From NCBI GenBank assembly GCA_051251855.1, contig JBPOGI010000001.1, positions 160,001 through 224,000 on the forward strand: a DNA stretch of 64,000 nt, in the 5' to 3' direction. Positions 19,231 to 28,777 of the stretch are shown here, piece by piece. This DNA comes from Roseibacillus sp. (lineage in GTDB: Bacteria; Verrucomicrobiota; Verrucomicrobiia; Verrucomicrobiales; Akkermansiaceae). How positions within the stretch are numbered: position 1 is the stretch's first letter; each line of letters begins with the position of its first letter. The notes below the pieces were generated by a model. The model ran no database searches. It saw nothing but the letters and a program-made list of their open reading frames with translations, and was not told where the DNA came from. A program made the position numbers and the translations under genes.

Positions 19231-21171
19231 TTACCAGTCTTTGGTCGGAACGACCTGTCGACCACGTTTGCGGAGGGCGTCTTTCTGGAAGTCGGCGTTT
19301 TCTTTGAGAATGCGGCGGGCAAATTCTTCAGCGGTTTCGTCTTCGCGGGGGGCTGGGCCTTGTTGGTTCTGCTGGCCTTGGGACCCTTGCTGGCCTTCTT
19401 GGTCACCTTCTTCTTGTCCTTGCTGGCCCTGTTGTTGATCGCCCTCGTTGCCCTCCTCGCCTTCGTCTCCTTGTTGGCCTTGGTTCTCTTCGCCCTCTTC
19501 TTCCCCTTGATCGCCTTCTTGTGGTTCGCCCTCTTCACCTTGCTCGCCATTTTCGCCGTTCTCGCTTTGGTTCTGTTCTTGAGGTTGACCGTCTTGTTCG
19601 TCTTCGTTCTCGCCTTCGCCAGATTCTTGTTGCTGCTCCTGTTCTTGCTCTTGTTGTTGCTGCTGTGCTTGCTTTAATTGCTCGAGCATTTGTTGAGTGA
19701 CTTCGCGATTTTGAGTCGAGGGGTCGTGTTTCTCATCGAGTTCTAGGGCGGAGTCGTAGTGTTCTAAGGCATCTTCAAGATAGGAAATAGGCTCTTCCAA
19801 GTCGGCGTCTTCTTGACCTTGCTTTTGGACGGCACGGTGGAAGAGGGTGTTGGCGAGCTGGCTGTGGGCGTCGCGCTGGAGATTCTTGTCTGAACTGAGG
19901 AGGGCTTCCGCGAAGGAGTCGCCTGCCGTGGCGTAATCTCCCGATTGATAACGAGCCGTTCCTTGCCCGAAGCGAAGTTTGGCGAGGTCTTCAGCATTGG
20001 CGTTCTCAGCTGCCTTTTCGAAGTGCTCGAGGGCCTTTTCGTTGTCGCCTTTCTTGAGGGCGCGAGAGCCGAGGAATCCTTCCAAGGGATTATTCCAAGC
20101 TTGAGCATCGGTGAGGGAACCGAACAAGGCTATGGTGACAAGTGCTAAGGTGGCGGGGGTGGCGGTGACCGATCGTGGGCGGGCCGGGGTCCAGAGGAAG
20201 CGGAAGAGGATGCTAGCGATCATGAGAATCATGGCGGGAACGAGAAACCACTGAAAGCGAGGGACGGGCGTTTTTTGAATGCGTCCTTCATCTTCGAAAG
20301 CGTCGAGGCGGCTGATGACGGTGTCAATTTTTTCGGTAAAGTCTGAGCCAAATCCTTCGAGGTAGAGGCCTCCGGTGTCGCCTGCGAGGGTGCGGAGAGG
20401 ATCTGGGTTGAGACGGGAGAGGACAGGCTTGCCGCTGCGGTCTCGAAAGCGGCCATCGGTCTCGGTGGGGTCGGGGACAAAGTCGCCTTCGCGGGTGCCA
20501 ATGCCGATCGTAACGACGAAAACACCGGCTTGGCGGGCATCGAAGGAGGCGTCTTTGAGCTCGCCTTCGTGGAGTTCGCCATCGGAGATGACGATGAGGC
20601 CGTGGGTCTGTTGGCCGGTTTCCTTGAAGGTCTTGGTGGCGAGGTTGACGGCGTCAGCGAGGTTGGATCCACCTGAGGGGACGTTGGTTTCGTCGAGCTG
20701 ATCGAGGGTTTCGCGAAGGGCGTTGTGGTCGATGGTGAGGGGGGCTTGTAAGGAGGCGGAGCCAGCAAAGGCAAGAAGGCCGATACGGTCGTCGGGGAAG
20801 CGGTCTAAGAGCTCGTAAACTGCGGTCTTGGCAGCGTTGAGGCGGTCTGGGGCGACATCGCGGGTGAGCATGGAGCGGGAGGCGTCCACGGCGATGATGA
20901 TGTTGCGTCCTTTGGTGAGGGAGGTGGTTTCTTTCTCGCCGGCAATGGGTTGGGCGAGGCAAAAGATCAGGAGGCAAAGGGCGAGCAGTCCGCAGGCGAG
21001 AGAGAGCCAACGTGCCCAGGGCGAGACGGGCGCGGCCAGTTTTTTACGAAGGCGTGGGGCAACGAGCTTTTGCCATGCGGTTCGTCGTTGGCGCTCGGCG
21101 AGAAAGGCTCCCAAGGCGAGAAGTGGGATGAGGAGAAGAAGGGCAAGGAAAGCAGGTTCGGCGAGAGTCAT
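19231..21171 (-). CDS. BatB/BatC-like VWA + TPR protein with Q/E-rich tail
   Basis: DASRSM MIDAS, PLTID, ISDGE; TPR repeats; ends KDW. Confidence 0.85.
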   Translation of the reverse strand: MTLAEPAFLALLLLIPLLALGAFLAERQRRTAWQKLVAPRLRKKLAAPVSPWARWLSLACGLLALCLLIFCLAQPIAGEKETTSLTKGRNIIIAVDASRSMLTRDVAPDRLNAAKTAVYELLDRFPDDRIGLLAFAGSASLQAPLTIDHNALRETLDQLDETNVPSGGSNLADAVNLATKTFKETGQQTHGLIVISDGELHEGELKDASFDARQAGVFVVTIGIGTREGDFVPDPTETDGRFRDRSGKPVLSRLNPDPLRTLAGDTGGLYLEGFGSDFTEKIDTVISRLDAFEDEGRIQKTPVPRFQWFLVPAMILMIASILFRFLWTPARPRSVTATPATLALVTIALFGSLTDAQAWNNPLEGFLGSRALKKGDNEKALEHFEKAAENANAEDLAKLRFGQGTARYQSGDYATAGDSFAEALLSSDKNLQRDAHSQLANTLFHRAVQKQGQEDADLEEPISYLEDALEHYDSALELDEKHDPSTQNREVTQQMLEQLKQAQQQQQEQEQEQQQESGEGENEDEQDGQPQEQNQSENGENGEQGEEGEPQEGDQGEEEGEENQGQQGDEGEEGNEGDQQQGQQGQEEGDQEGQQGSQGQQNQQGPAPREDETAEEFARRILKENADFQKDALRKRGRQVVPTKDW

Positions 21172-21182
21172 GTTTCCGGAGG

Positions 21183-22187
21183 TTAGGGTTGAGGAGGAAG
21201 GGCGAGGGCGTGGGTGAGGAGGGCGGCGAAGGCAAGAAGGGCAGCGAGGCCACAAACCCAAGGATAGAAGTCGTGAGACTGGACGGTGCTGGAGACGCGC
21301 GCTTCTGACTTTTCCAGCTGGTCGATGCTGGCGAAGGTTTCTCGCAGGGAGTTGAAATCACGGGCGCGGAAGAATTCGCCGCCAGTGACGCGGGCGATTT
21401 CTTGAAGGGTTTCGACATCGAATTCCTGGCGAGGAATCGACATCACGTTGCGCCCGACGCGGCCATCTTCGGTGCCGATGGCGATGGGATAGATTTTGAT
21501 ATTCAGTTCTTTGGCGAGCTCAGCGGCCTGTTTGGGAGAGAGTTTACCGGAGTTGGAGGCTCCGTCGGTGATGAGGACGATGATCTTGGACTTGGAATCG
21601 CGGGCGTCGAGGCGGGTGGAGGAGGCGGCGATGGCGGAACCGATGGCGGTGCCTTGCTCGGCGATGTCGTTGATTTGGACGCGTTCGATGGATTGTTGGA
21701 GCCACTCGTGATCGAGGGTCAGGGGGCAGACGGGAAAGGGCTGGCCGGAGAAGACGACGAGGCCCATGCGGTCATTGGGACGATTGCGGATGAAAGGTTT
21801 GAGAACGAGTTTGGCAGCGTTGATACGGGGAATGGTGCGGCGGGTATTGGGGGGGAGGAAATCGGGGATGTTCATGGACTCGGAGAGGTCCAAGGTGAGA
21901 AGAATGTCGATGCCGGAAGCTTTGCGGGCAGTGAAAGTTTCGCGATGTTGGGGGCGGGCAAGTGCGACGAAGCAGGTCGCGAGCGCGAAAGACATGAGGA
22001 GCAGGCTAAAGCCACCGGGTCGTCGTTTAGGCTTGGAGCCAAGAGAACCAAGAATGGCGAGAGAGGAAAATACGATGGAGGATTTGGCTCCTTCGCGTCG
22101 TTGGAGGAACCAGAGGGCTGGGATGAAAAGGAGGCCCAAGAACCACAAGGGAGCCGCGAATTCGAGTTGTTGGAAGAATTCAATCAT
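21183..22187 (-). CDS. BatA-like VWA domain protein
   Basis: DLSESM MIDAS, GTAIG, LITDG, TGGEFFRA. Confidence 0.88.
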   Translation of the reverse strand: MIEFFQQLEFAAPLWFLGLLFIPALWFLQRREGAKSSIVFSSLAILGSLGSKPKRRPGGFSLLLMSFALATCFVALARPQHRETFTARKASGIDILLTLDLSESMNIPDFLPPNTRRTIPRINAAKLVLKPFIRNRPNDRMGLVVFSGQPFPVCPLTLDHEWLQQSIERVQINDIAEQGTAIGSAIAASSTRLDARDSKSKIIVLITDGASNSGKLSPKQAAELAKELNIKIYPIAIGTEDGRVGRNVMSIPRQEFDVETLQEIARVTGGEFFRARDFNSLRETFASIDQLEKSEARVSSTVQSHDFYPWVCGLAALLAFAALLTHALALPPQP

Positions 22188-22851
22188 TGGCGGCAGGCAA
22201 TGTTGGTTCGGGTTGATGGAGGGACTCGAGGGTTTGAAGACCCTTTTCTATCAGAGTGGAAACTTGTGAGGGGTCGCTGCTGGGAGGGGCGTATTGGAGA
22301 GAGGAGAGTTCACTCAGGAAGTGGGCGGTTTCGCTCTTAGTAGGCTCGGGGACGTGGCGAAGGCGTTCTTCGTCGGTGAGGAATTCTTCGCGGGTTTGGT
22401 AGAGCGCGGCATCGGACTTGGATTGAGTGAGGAAGCGGCGGAGGGCCAAGGAGATGCGGGTGGAGATTTCGGCCAAAGGGGTTTCGGTAGGGAGTTCACG
22501 GAGGGAAAGAAGTTGCTCTTTGGCCGAATCAAAGGGGGAGGGGCCGGGGGCTTGAAGGGAGGAGAGTGGAGCTTTGCGAAGGATGAAAAGTAAAAGAAGG
22601 ATGAGAGGAATAGCGACGATGAGAGCACCTAGTAGAATGAGCCAGCTTGGAATGCCGGGGAGGTGAGGGGTTGGATCGATGCTTTCGACGGGGAGCTTGG
22701 GTGCTTCTGATTGTTCAGCAGTAAGCGCTTCGGAGGAAGCTTGGGGCGCGAGTTGAGACTCGATGCTTTCTTGTGCCCCTGCGAGGGAGGCGAGGGTGAG
22801 AAGTAATCCCGCCCAGAGGCTTACTCCCATTCTGAACCGCTGTTTCCTCAT
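22180..22851 (-). CDS. Bat-cluster membrane protein (DUF4381-like)
   Basis: Signal, TM, LRRFL...TREEFL...LQYAP; position between DUF58 and BatA. Confidence 0.6.
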   Translation of the reverse strand: MRKQRFRMGVSLWAGLLLTLASLAGAQESIESQLAPQASSEALTAEQSEAPKLPVESIDPTPHLPGIPSWLILLGALIVAIPLILLLLFILRKAPLSSLQAPGPSPFDSAKEQLLSLRELPTETPLAEISTRISLALRRFLTQSKSDAALYQTREEFLTDEERLRHVPEPTKSETAHFLSELSSLQYAPPSSDPSQVSTLIEKGLQTLESLHQPEPTLPAAND

Positions 22852-23741
22852 GAATTCTTTCGTTTGGCTCTTCTTTGAAAAAGTCCATGCATCGCTTTGA
22901 AGGGGTCTTCGTTTGTGGCCAAGGAGGTGAAGTCGATGTTATAGCGCTTAAAAATTTTGAGCACGCCCTCGCGGTGACGGCGGGTGAGTTTGGAGAACCC
23001 CATGCGGACGTTGCTGTTAGAGGTGTTGACCACGCGTTCGTAGCCGCTTTCGGGGTCGATGAGGGTGACGTTGCCGACGGAAGGCAGTTCGCGTTCAACG
23101 GGGTCGAAGATACGGAGGGCGACGAGGTCGTGCTTTTGGGAAAGGGTGGCGATGGATTTTGAAAAATCGGCACCAATGAAGTCGGAGAGGAGAAAGACGA
23201 GTGATTTTTGGCGGACAGCTTGCATCATCACTTTGGTGGCTAGGGGAAAATTGACGGCACCTGTGGGGGCTGGAGTGGCGAGGATTTCGCGGATGCAGCG
23301 GAGGATGTGTTTGGTTCCTTTGGCGGGGGGGAGGTAGAGGAGGGGCTCGTCGGCGAAGAGGAGAAGGCCCACTTTGTCGCCATTGTCGCGAGCGGAGAAG
23401 GCGATGAGGGCGGCGACCTCGGCTGCAAGTTCGCGCTTGGAAAGACGAACGGAGCCGTAGTCCATGGAGGCGGAGATATCGACCGCGATGATGGCGGAGA
23501 GTTCGCGTTCTTCGCGGAATTTGCGGATGAAGGGGGTGCCGAGACGAGCGGTGACGTTCCAGTCGATGAAACGGATTTCGTCTCCGTGCTGATATTCGCG
23601 GAATTCGTCGAAATCGAGTCCTTGGCCTTTGAAGGAGGAATGGTAGTCGCCCGCAAAGGTCTCTTTGACCAAACGCTTGGCGCGCAGCTCCAGGCGACGG
23701 ACCCGGGCCATGATTTCTTCGATTTCGTCAGGTTCGCTCAC
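22848..23741 (-). CDS. DUF58 domain protein
   Basis: FKGQGLDFDEFREYQHGDEIRFIDWNVTAR, DISASM, LSDF; start inferred. Confidence 0.9.
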   Translation of the reverse strand: MSEPDEIEEIMARVRRLELRAKRLVKETFAGDYHSSFKGQGLDFDEFREYQHGDEIRFIDWNVTARLGTPFIRKFREERELSAIIAVDISASMDYGSVRLSKRELAAEVAALIAFSARDNGDKVGLLLFADEPLLYLPPAKGTKHILRCIREILATPAPTGAVNFPLATKVMMQAVRQKSLVFLLSDFIGADFSKSIATLSQKHDLVALRIFDPVERELPSVGNVTLIDPESGYERVVNTSNSNVRMGFSKLTRRHREGVLKIFKRYNIDFTSLATNEDPFKAMHGLFQRRAKRKNS

Positions 23742-23899
23742 TGCTTCTGGGAAAACGATAGAGCCGGAGGAAATTGTCTCAAGTTTGGAACAGGTGTTCT
23801 TTGGGAATTTTTTGGGGAACAAGAGGCTCTTGGAATTACCTGTGTTTTGCCGCTGAAAGCAGCAACAACGGACTGCCGCTGGAAGCGCCAGCTATGGGA

Positions 23900-25009
23900 C
23901 TAGTGGCCAGTGGGGCTCTCGCCGGTGGCGACGCCGAGGGAGGCGGATTCTTCGGGGAGAAAACGCTTGAAGCGGGTCTTGTCGATGGCCTTCATATAGG
24001 CTTCCTCGGGAGAAATCATGCCTGCTTGGAGTTTTTCCCAGATGGCTTCGTCCATGAACTGCATTCCTTCGGCTTTTCCTTGGGTGATGACGTCGTAGAG
24101 CTTCTGGGTGGCGCCTTCTCGAATGATGGCGGCGACCGCGGAGTTGGTGAACATGATCTCGTTGACGGCGACACGGCCTGGTTTGTCGGTACGCTTACAA
24201 AGAAGCTGCGCGACGATGCCTTTGAGAGAGGCTGCGAGCATGGTGCGAACTTGAGATTGTTGGTCGGAAGGGAAGACGTCCACGACGCGGTCGATGGTCT
24301 TACGAGCGTTGTTGGTGTGCAGGGTTCCGAAGACGAGGAGGCCGGTTTCGGCTGCCGTCAGGGCGAGGGAAATGGTTTCGAGGTCTCGCATCTCGCCCAC
24401 GAGAACGATGTCGGCATCTTGTCGCATGGCGGCACGCAGTCCGTCTGCAAAGCTGGGAGTCTGGATGGGAACTTCACGTTGGGTGATGATGGACATCTTG
24501 TTGCGGTGGACGAACTCGATGGGCTCTTCGACCGTGATAATGTGGCGACTGTAGTTGGTGTTGATGTAGTCTAACAGCGCAGCGAGAGTGGTGGATTTCC
24601 CGGAACCGGTGGGCCCAGTGACGAGGACAAGCCCGGCGCGCATGTGGCCAAACTCCTTGATGACTTTGGGAAGATTCAGGTCTTCGAGGGAGGCGATTTC
24701 GGTAGGAATGAGTCGGAAGACGGCGGCGAGTCCGAACTGCTGCTGCAGGTAGTTGCAGCGGAAGCGGGAGACGTCATCCATCTCGTAAGCGAAGTCGAGG
24801 TCTCCGCCTTCCAAGTAGGCGGCGAAGGCTCCGGGCTCAGCAATTTCTTCGAGCATCTTTTTGAAGCTTTCTCCTTCGAGAACGGGTTCATCGGGGATGG
24901 CGGAGACACCTCCGTGAACGCGCACCTTGGGAGGTTGCCCTTCGGAAAGATGGAGGTCTGAGCCTTTGCTGGAGACAAGGTATTGAAAGAGACGATCAAT
25001 TTCGGCCAT
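23900..25009 (-). CDS. pilT: PilT/PilU family type IV pilus ATPase
   Basis: SDLHL, GPTGSGKSTT, AAMRQDAD, GEMRD, GTLHT. Confidence 0.88.
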   Translation of the reverse strand: MAEIDRLFQYLVSSKGSDLHLSEGQPPKVRVHGGVSAIPDEPVLEGESFKKMLEEIAEPGAFAAYLEGGDLDFAYEMDDVSRFRCNYLQQQFGLAAVFRLIPTEIASLEDLNLPKVIKEFGHMRAGLVLVTGPTGSGKSTTLAALLDYINTNYSRHIITVEEPIEFVHRNKMSIITQREVPIQTPSFADGLRAAMRQDADIVLVGEMRDLETISLALTAAETGLLVFGTLHTNNARKTIDRVVDVFPSDQQSQVRTMLAASLKGIVAQLLCKRTDKPGRVAVNEIMFTNSAVAAIIREGATQKLYDVITQGKAEGMQFMDEAIWEKLQAGMISPEEAYMKAIDKTRFKRFLPEESASLGVATGESPTGH

Positions 25010-25048
25010 GAGAAAATTAGTTAAAGTGTTGGATAAGAAAAGAGGTGC

Positions 25049-26131
25049 TTAGGACTCGAAGAAGGCGCGCATTTGCGGTTTGTCTTCGCAACGATACAGG
25101 GTTTCTTCCTGTGAGATGATGCCTTGCATGTAGAGATTACGGAGGGATTCATCCATCGTGATCATGCCGACGTTTTTACCGGTCTGCATGATGCCGGGGA
25201 GCATGAAGGTTTTGCCATCTCGGATGGTGGCTCCTACTGCCGCGGTGTTGACCAGAAGCTCGAGAGCCAAGGCACGACCGGAGCCGTCAATTTTGGGCAC
25301 GAGTTGCTGTGAAATAATGCCTCGAAGAGATTCGGATACCATGACGCGAATCTGGTCTCGTTGATCGGTTGGGAATACGTCGAGAACTCGGTCGAGAGTT
25401 CGAGGCGCGTTGCCGGTGTGAAGAGTGGCGAGAACGAGGTGACCCGTTTCCGCCGCTGTGAGGGCGAGTTGAATGGTTTCGAGGTCGCGCATTTCTCCAA
25501 CCATGATGACGTCCGGGTCTTGGCGCAAAGCTCCGCGCAGGGCTCGACTAAAGGACTCGGTGTGAGAGTGAACTTCACGCTGGTTCACGTGACAGCCAGC
25601 GGATTCAAAAACATACTCGATAGGGTCTTCCAGAGTGAGAATGTGGTCTTCGCGGTCTTGGTTGATGAAGTTGACGAGCGCCGCCATGGAGGTGGACTTT
25701 CCAGAACCAACGGAGCCGGTCACGAGGATGAGTCCGTTTTGGTATCGGGTGAGGGGAATCAAGTCGTCGGCTGGTAGGCCGCACTCTTCGATGGTTCGAA
25801 TGGTGGTCGAAATGAGTCGGAAGACGAGCTCAAGGCCGAGGCGCTGGCGTACGACGGAGGCGCGAAAGCGTCCGAAATCGGTGGCGTAGGCGAAGTCGAC
25901 ATCTCCTCTTTCTTCCAAACGAGCTTTCTCCTTGTCGCCAAGGAAGGACATCGCAAGGCGCTCTGTGTCTTCTTCAGTAAGAGGGGGGTGTCCCTCCCAG
26001 ATAGGCGCAAGAGTGCCGAAGCGGCGCCAAGTGGGTGGATAAGCGGTCGGAAGGTGGATATCGGAGCAATCATACTCCAAGCCAATTTTGAGATATTCGT
26101 CTACGTGGGCCAGAACCTTGTGTTCGGACAT
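25049..26131 (-). CDS. pilT: PilT/PilU family type IV pilus ATPase (second paralog)
   Basis: SDIHL, GSVGSGKST, ALRQDPD, GEMRD, TGHLVLATLH. Confidence 0.88.
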   Translation of the reverse strand: MSEHKVLAHVDEYLKIGLEYDCSDIHLPTAYPPTWRRFGTLAPIWEGHPPLTEEDTERLAMSFLGDKEKARLEERGDVDFAYATDFGRFRASVVRQRLGLELVFRLISTTIRTIEECGLPADDLIPLTRYQNGLILVTGSVGSGKSTSMAALVNFINQDREDHILTLEDPIEYVFESAGCHVNQREVHSHTESFSRALRGALRQDPDVIMVGEMRDLETIQLALTAAETGHLVLATLHTGNAPRTLDRVLDVFPTDQRDQIRVMVSESLRGIISQQLVPKIDGSGRALALELLVNTAAVGATIRDGKTFMLPGIMQTGKNVGMITMDESLRNLYMQGIISQEETLYRCEDKPQMRAFFES

Positions 26132-26225
26132 AAGCTATTCGTGTTAAGGGTTGGTTTGTGCTAGTTTCATTGGACACTGGCTTGGCCTATCAGGGCAAGA
26201 CTCTTTACCCATTATTTACATGTGA

Positions 26226-26585
26226 TTACTTTCGCAACCATCGTCGAGCTTGTTCGGTGAGCCAAACACGAGCGAGAGGTTGCGTAACTGAAAGGGAAAA
26301 CGCTAAAAGTTGGCGCGGGATGGTTTTGGATTCGCTGATGGTCTTTTCCTTCTTCTTTCTGCGTTTTGGCTTGAGGAGGAGAACCAAGAGGCAAGCTGCT
26401 CCAGCCGTGATCATAGCGGTGCGGGCGGGGCGGGCCTGCATACTTGAGGGCAGTTTTCCCGCTACGTGAAGCAGATTTTTGGACTGTGAAAGGAGCTGTC
26501 GGGTGTCGGGCACCTTGAGGGTGCGGCGATAGCCTGCCAGCTGGCTTACGAGTTCTTGCTTGTTGGATTGTGTTCTTGGATCCAT
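26226..26585 (-). CDS. Small membrane protein (YqjK-like position)
   Basis: One TM then basic tract; third gene of ElaB/YqjE-like trio. Confidence 0.6.
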   Translation of the reverse strand: MDPRTQSNKQELVSQLAGYRRTLKVPDTRQLLSQSKNLLHVAGKLPSSMQARPARTAMITAGAACLLVLLLKPKRRKKKEKTISESKTIPRQLLAFSLSVTQPLARVWLTEQARRWLRK

Positions 26586-26959
26586 TCGCGATCGCGTTCG
26601 AGTTCGGCTCGGGAGTATTCAAAGAGAGGGGCGGGAAGCTTGCCGGTCACCTTCTTCTTCATCGCAAAGATAATGACGATGTGAATTCCGGCTACGATGA
26701 GGGCGGCGACTTCCCAGCCGAGGAGAGGGTGTTTTCCAATCAGTCCAAGTAGTTTTCCGATGAAAGAGACAAGAGCTGTTAGAAGAAGGAAGTAGCTTCC
26801 AACGGCGCAGACGAGAATGACGAGAAGGGGAGCAAGCTTGCCCTTGAGATGGGCAAGAGCTTCTTGGGTCTCGATGGAGACCAGTTGCAGGCGGGTCCTC
26901 ATGTAGGCTGACATTCCCTTAGGGAACGAGAGCTCAGGCTCGTCGCCGGATTCGTTCAT
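26546..26959 (-). CDS. YqjE/phage-holin-like membrane protein
   Basis: TRLQLVSIE...2 TM...ELERDREW. Confidence 0.75.
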   Translation of the reverse strand: MNESGDEPELSFPKGMSAYMRTRLQLVSIETQEALAHLKGKLAPLLVILVCAVGSYFLLLTALVSFIGKLLGLIGKHPLLGWEVAALIVAGIHIVIIFAMKKKVTGKLPAPLFEYSRAELERDREWIQEHNPTSKNS

Positions 26960-26974
26960 GCTCGGCAAGGGCGT

Positions 26975-27361
26975 TTAGCGGCGGATGACGAGTCCAGCGA
27001 GGAAACCGATGGCAGCAGCGGCCAAAACGGTCTGAGTAGGGTGCTGGCGAATGAGATCCTCGGAATCAGCATGGAATTCGCGGAGCTTGAGGCGGGTATC
27101 CTGCCATTGCTCGGTAGCGGCACCACGGAGGTGTTGCACGTTTTCGCCGGCGTTGTCGCGGAATTGGACGGTCTTCTCTGTGGCAACCTCGCGAAGTTCT
27201 TTTGCCTTTTCGGTGGCAGACTCCTTTAGGAGCTTGGCCTTTTCCTCGGCGGTGTGGGTCAGTTCGCGGGCTTTTTCGCCAGCTGCAGCACGAAGTTCGT
27301 TAGCGGCTTGGAGATTCGGAGAAGAGGTAGGGACTGGGGTGTCAGCAAATGGTTCGCTCAT
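26975..27361 (-). CDS. DUF883/ElaB/YqjD family protein
   Basis: Amphipathic repeats; C-terminal IRQHPTQTVLAAAAIGFLAGLVIRR. Confidence 0.85.
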   Translation of the reverse strand: MSEPFADTPVPTSSPNLQAANELRAAAGEKARELTHTAEEKAKLLKESATEKAKELREVATEKTVQFRDNAGENVQHLRGAATEQWQDTRLKLREFHADSEDLIRQHPTQTVLAAAAIGFLAGLVIRR

Positions 27362-27451
27362 GATTCAAAATTGTTTTCATGAGAAAGGTGGCAGTGGGTG
27401 GGGAGAGGTGCAAGTCGGATTGTGGGGGTGGGTGGAAAAACGTGAGCCACT

Positions 27452-28213
27452 TTAGGAGGTCTTGGTGGGCCAAGGGTTTTGGGCGAGCCATTGTTGGATG
27501 ACCTTTGGGTTTTCAGTGAGGTTGCCAGTGACGCGGTAGTTGGAGGCGGCGAGGACGGCGGCTTGGGAGGGGCCTTCATCGACGACGGTCCAAGGGCGGG
27601 CGCCGGAGGAGTGGATGAAGTTGATGCTCTGGTCGGGATTGACGATCAGAAAGGCGACGTGGGTATCGAGTCCGACGATGCGGACGCCGGGCCCGCGGGC
27701 GATGACTTGCTGGAGGAAGTCTTCGTAAGTGGTGGAGGTGCTGATGTGAATCTCGTCGCGAGCGAGAAAAGTGCGGATAATGTTTTGGGAGGCTTGTTGG
27801 GCGAGGCGGAAGCGTTCGACCTCGAATCCGGCGTCGCGGAGAACGGTGGAAACGAAGTAACCGCAGGCGATTTTGCCATCTCCTGGGGTTTGGGAGGTGC
27901 CGTTGAAGTCCCAAGGGGTTCCGAGCCAGCAGCGCATGAGCTGGGGGAGTTGAGCTTCGAGGAGGGCGCGGGCTTCGTTTTCGATGAGCTCCTTCTCGGC
28001 GGTGGAGTCGGCGGAGGCGTGTTGGGCGGCGAGTCGCTGGCGTTCGGTTGCGAGCTCGCCGATGAGGGAGCGGTATTTCGCGGGGTCGGGTTTCGGGTGA
28101 GGAGTCTCGGATAGAAAAACGGAGGAAAGAGGGAGTTTGGGCCACGAGTTGATGGTGACCCAAAGGCCAGTAAAAATGGCAATGAGGAGAATGATTGGAA
28201 GGCGGCTATGCAT
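27452..28213 (-). CDS. Exported hypothetical protein, possible NlpC/P60-like Cys hydrolase
   Basis: WLGTPWDFNG, IACGYFVSTVLRDAG, THVAF, FIHS. Confidence 0.6.
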   Translation of the reverse strand: MHSRLPIILLIAIFTGLWVTINSWPKLPLSSVFLSETPHPKPDPAKYRSLIGELATERQRLAAQHASADSTAEKELIENEARALLEAQLPQLMRCWLGTPWDFNGTSQTPGDGKIACGYFVSTVLRDAGFEVERFRLAQQASQNIIRTFLARDEIHISTSTTYEDFLQQVIARGPGVRIVGLDTHVAFLIVNPDQSINFIHSSGARPWTVVDEGPSQAAVLAASNYRVTGNLTENPKVIQQWLAQNPWPTKTS

Positions 28214-28302
28214 GAAAGGCTAGTGTCAGGTAGAAAAGTGGTCGTTGTCTAACTCTGTGTGGTCCTTGGTGTTCGGATTTAAGTTGTTGCGATACCTTCT
28301 AC

Positions 28303-28560
28303 TTACATTGCTCCAGGCCCTTGTCCGAGGGTTTGAGACAGGATGCTTAGCATAGAAAGCAGCCGAAATTGGAGACCCAGTTCAACGACCAGGTGAATGA
28401 GCTCGAAAGTCCCCCAAGAAGAAAGGGCCCAAAGAAGTCCGGTAGGAATACTGTCTGGGGAGCTACTGGTGTCCTTCAGATGTGGGAGCGATGGTTCTTC
28501 TGGGTTCACGTCGGAGGTAATTAATGAAATGGCGTTGGTGGTTTTCGTTGTTAAATTCAT
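28303..28560 (-). CDS. Small hypothetical protein with C-terminal hydrophobic segment
   Basis: ATG ORF with an AT-rich upstream region carrying promoter-like motifs. Confidence 0.45.
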   Translation of the reverse strand: MNLTTKTTNAISLITSDVNPEEPSLPHLKDTSSSPDSIPTGLLWALSSWGTFELIHLVVELGLQFRLLSMLSILSQTLGQGPGAM

Positions 28561-28593
28561 GGGAGCTAAAGGTGTATTACTAATGAGGTGGTT

Positions 28594-28609
28594 ATCATTC
28601 TCCGTGCCA
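28594..28609 (-). promoter_or_regulatory. Candidate sigma54 -24/-12 promoter
   Basis: TGGCACG-GAGA-ATGAT vs consensus TGGCACG-N4-TTGCW; -12 element imperfect. Confidence 0.4.
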
Positions 28610-28777
28610 TCTGCTTCTCGCTTTACCTTAACTCATTGTTTGTTAGTTTGTTGAGGGTTATTTGTTTTCGTGGTTATTGGTTTTTAGGAAGGTGTTTTCC
28701 AGTAAAGATTACAGGAGCCTCCGATTTTTCTGAAATTTTTACTGGTTCGAGAGTTCTCACATTTCCCTAAAACTCAA

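Noticed and set aside
19340..19680. Repetitive DNA and hydrophobic antisense ORF 19210-19677
   Set aside because: Explained by the Q/E/G low-complexity tail of the BatB/C protein; no repeat-spacer structure, so not CRISPR.
26546..26959. Holin-like gene as evidence of a prophage
   Set aside because: Part of the chromosomal ElaB/YqjE/YqjK-type trio; no phage genes nearby.
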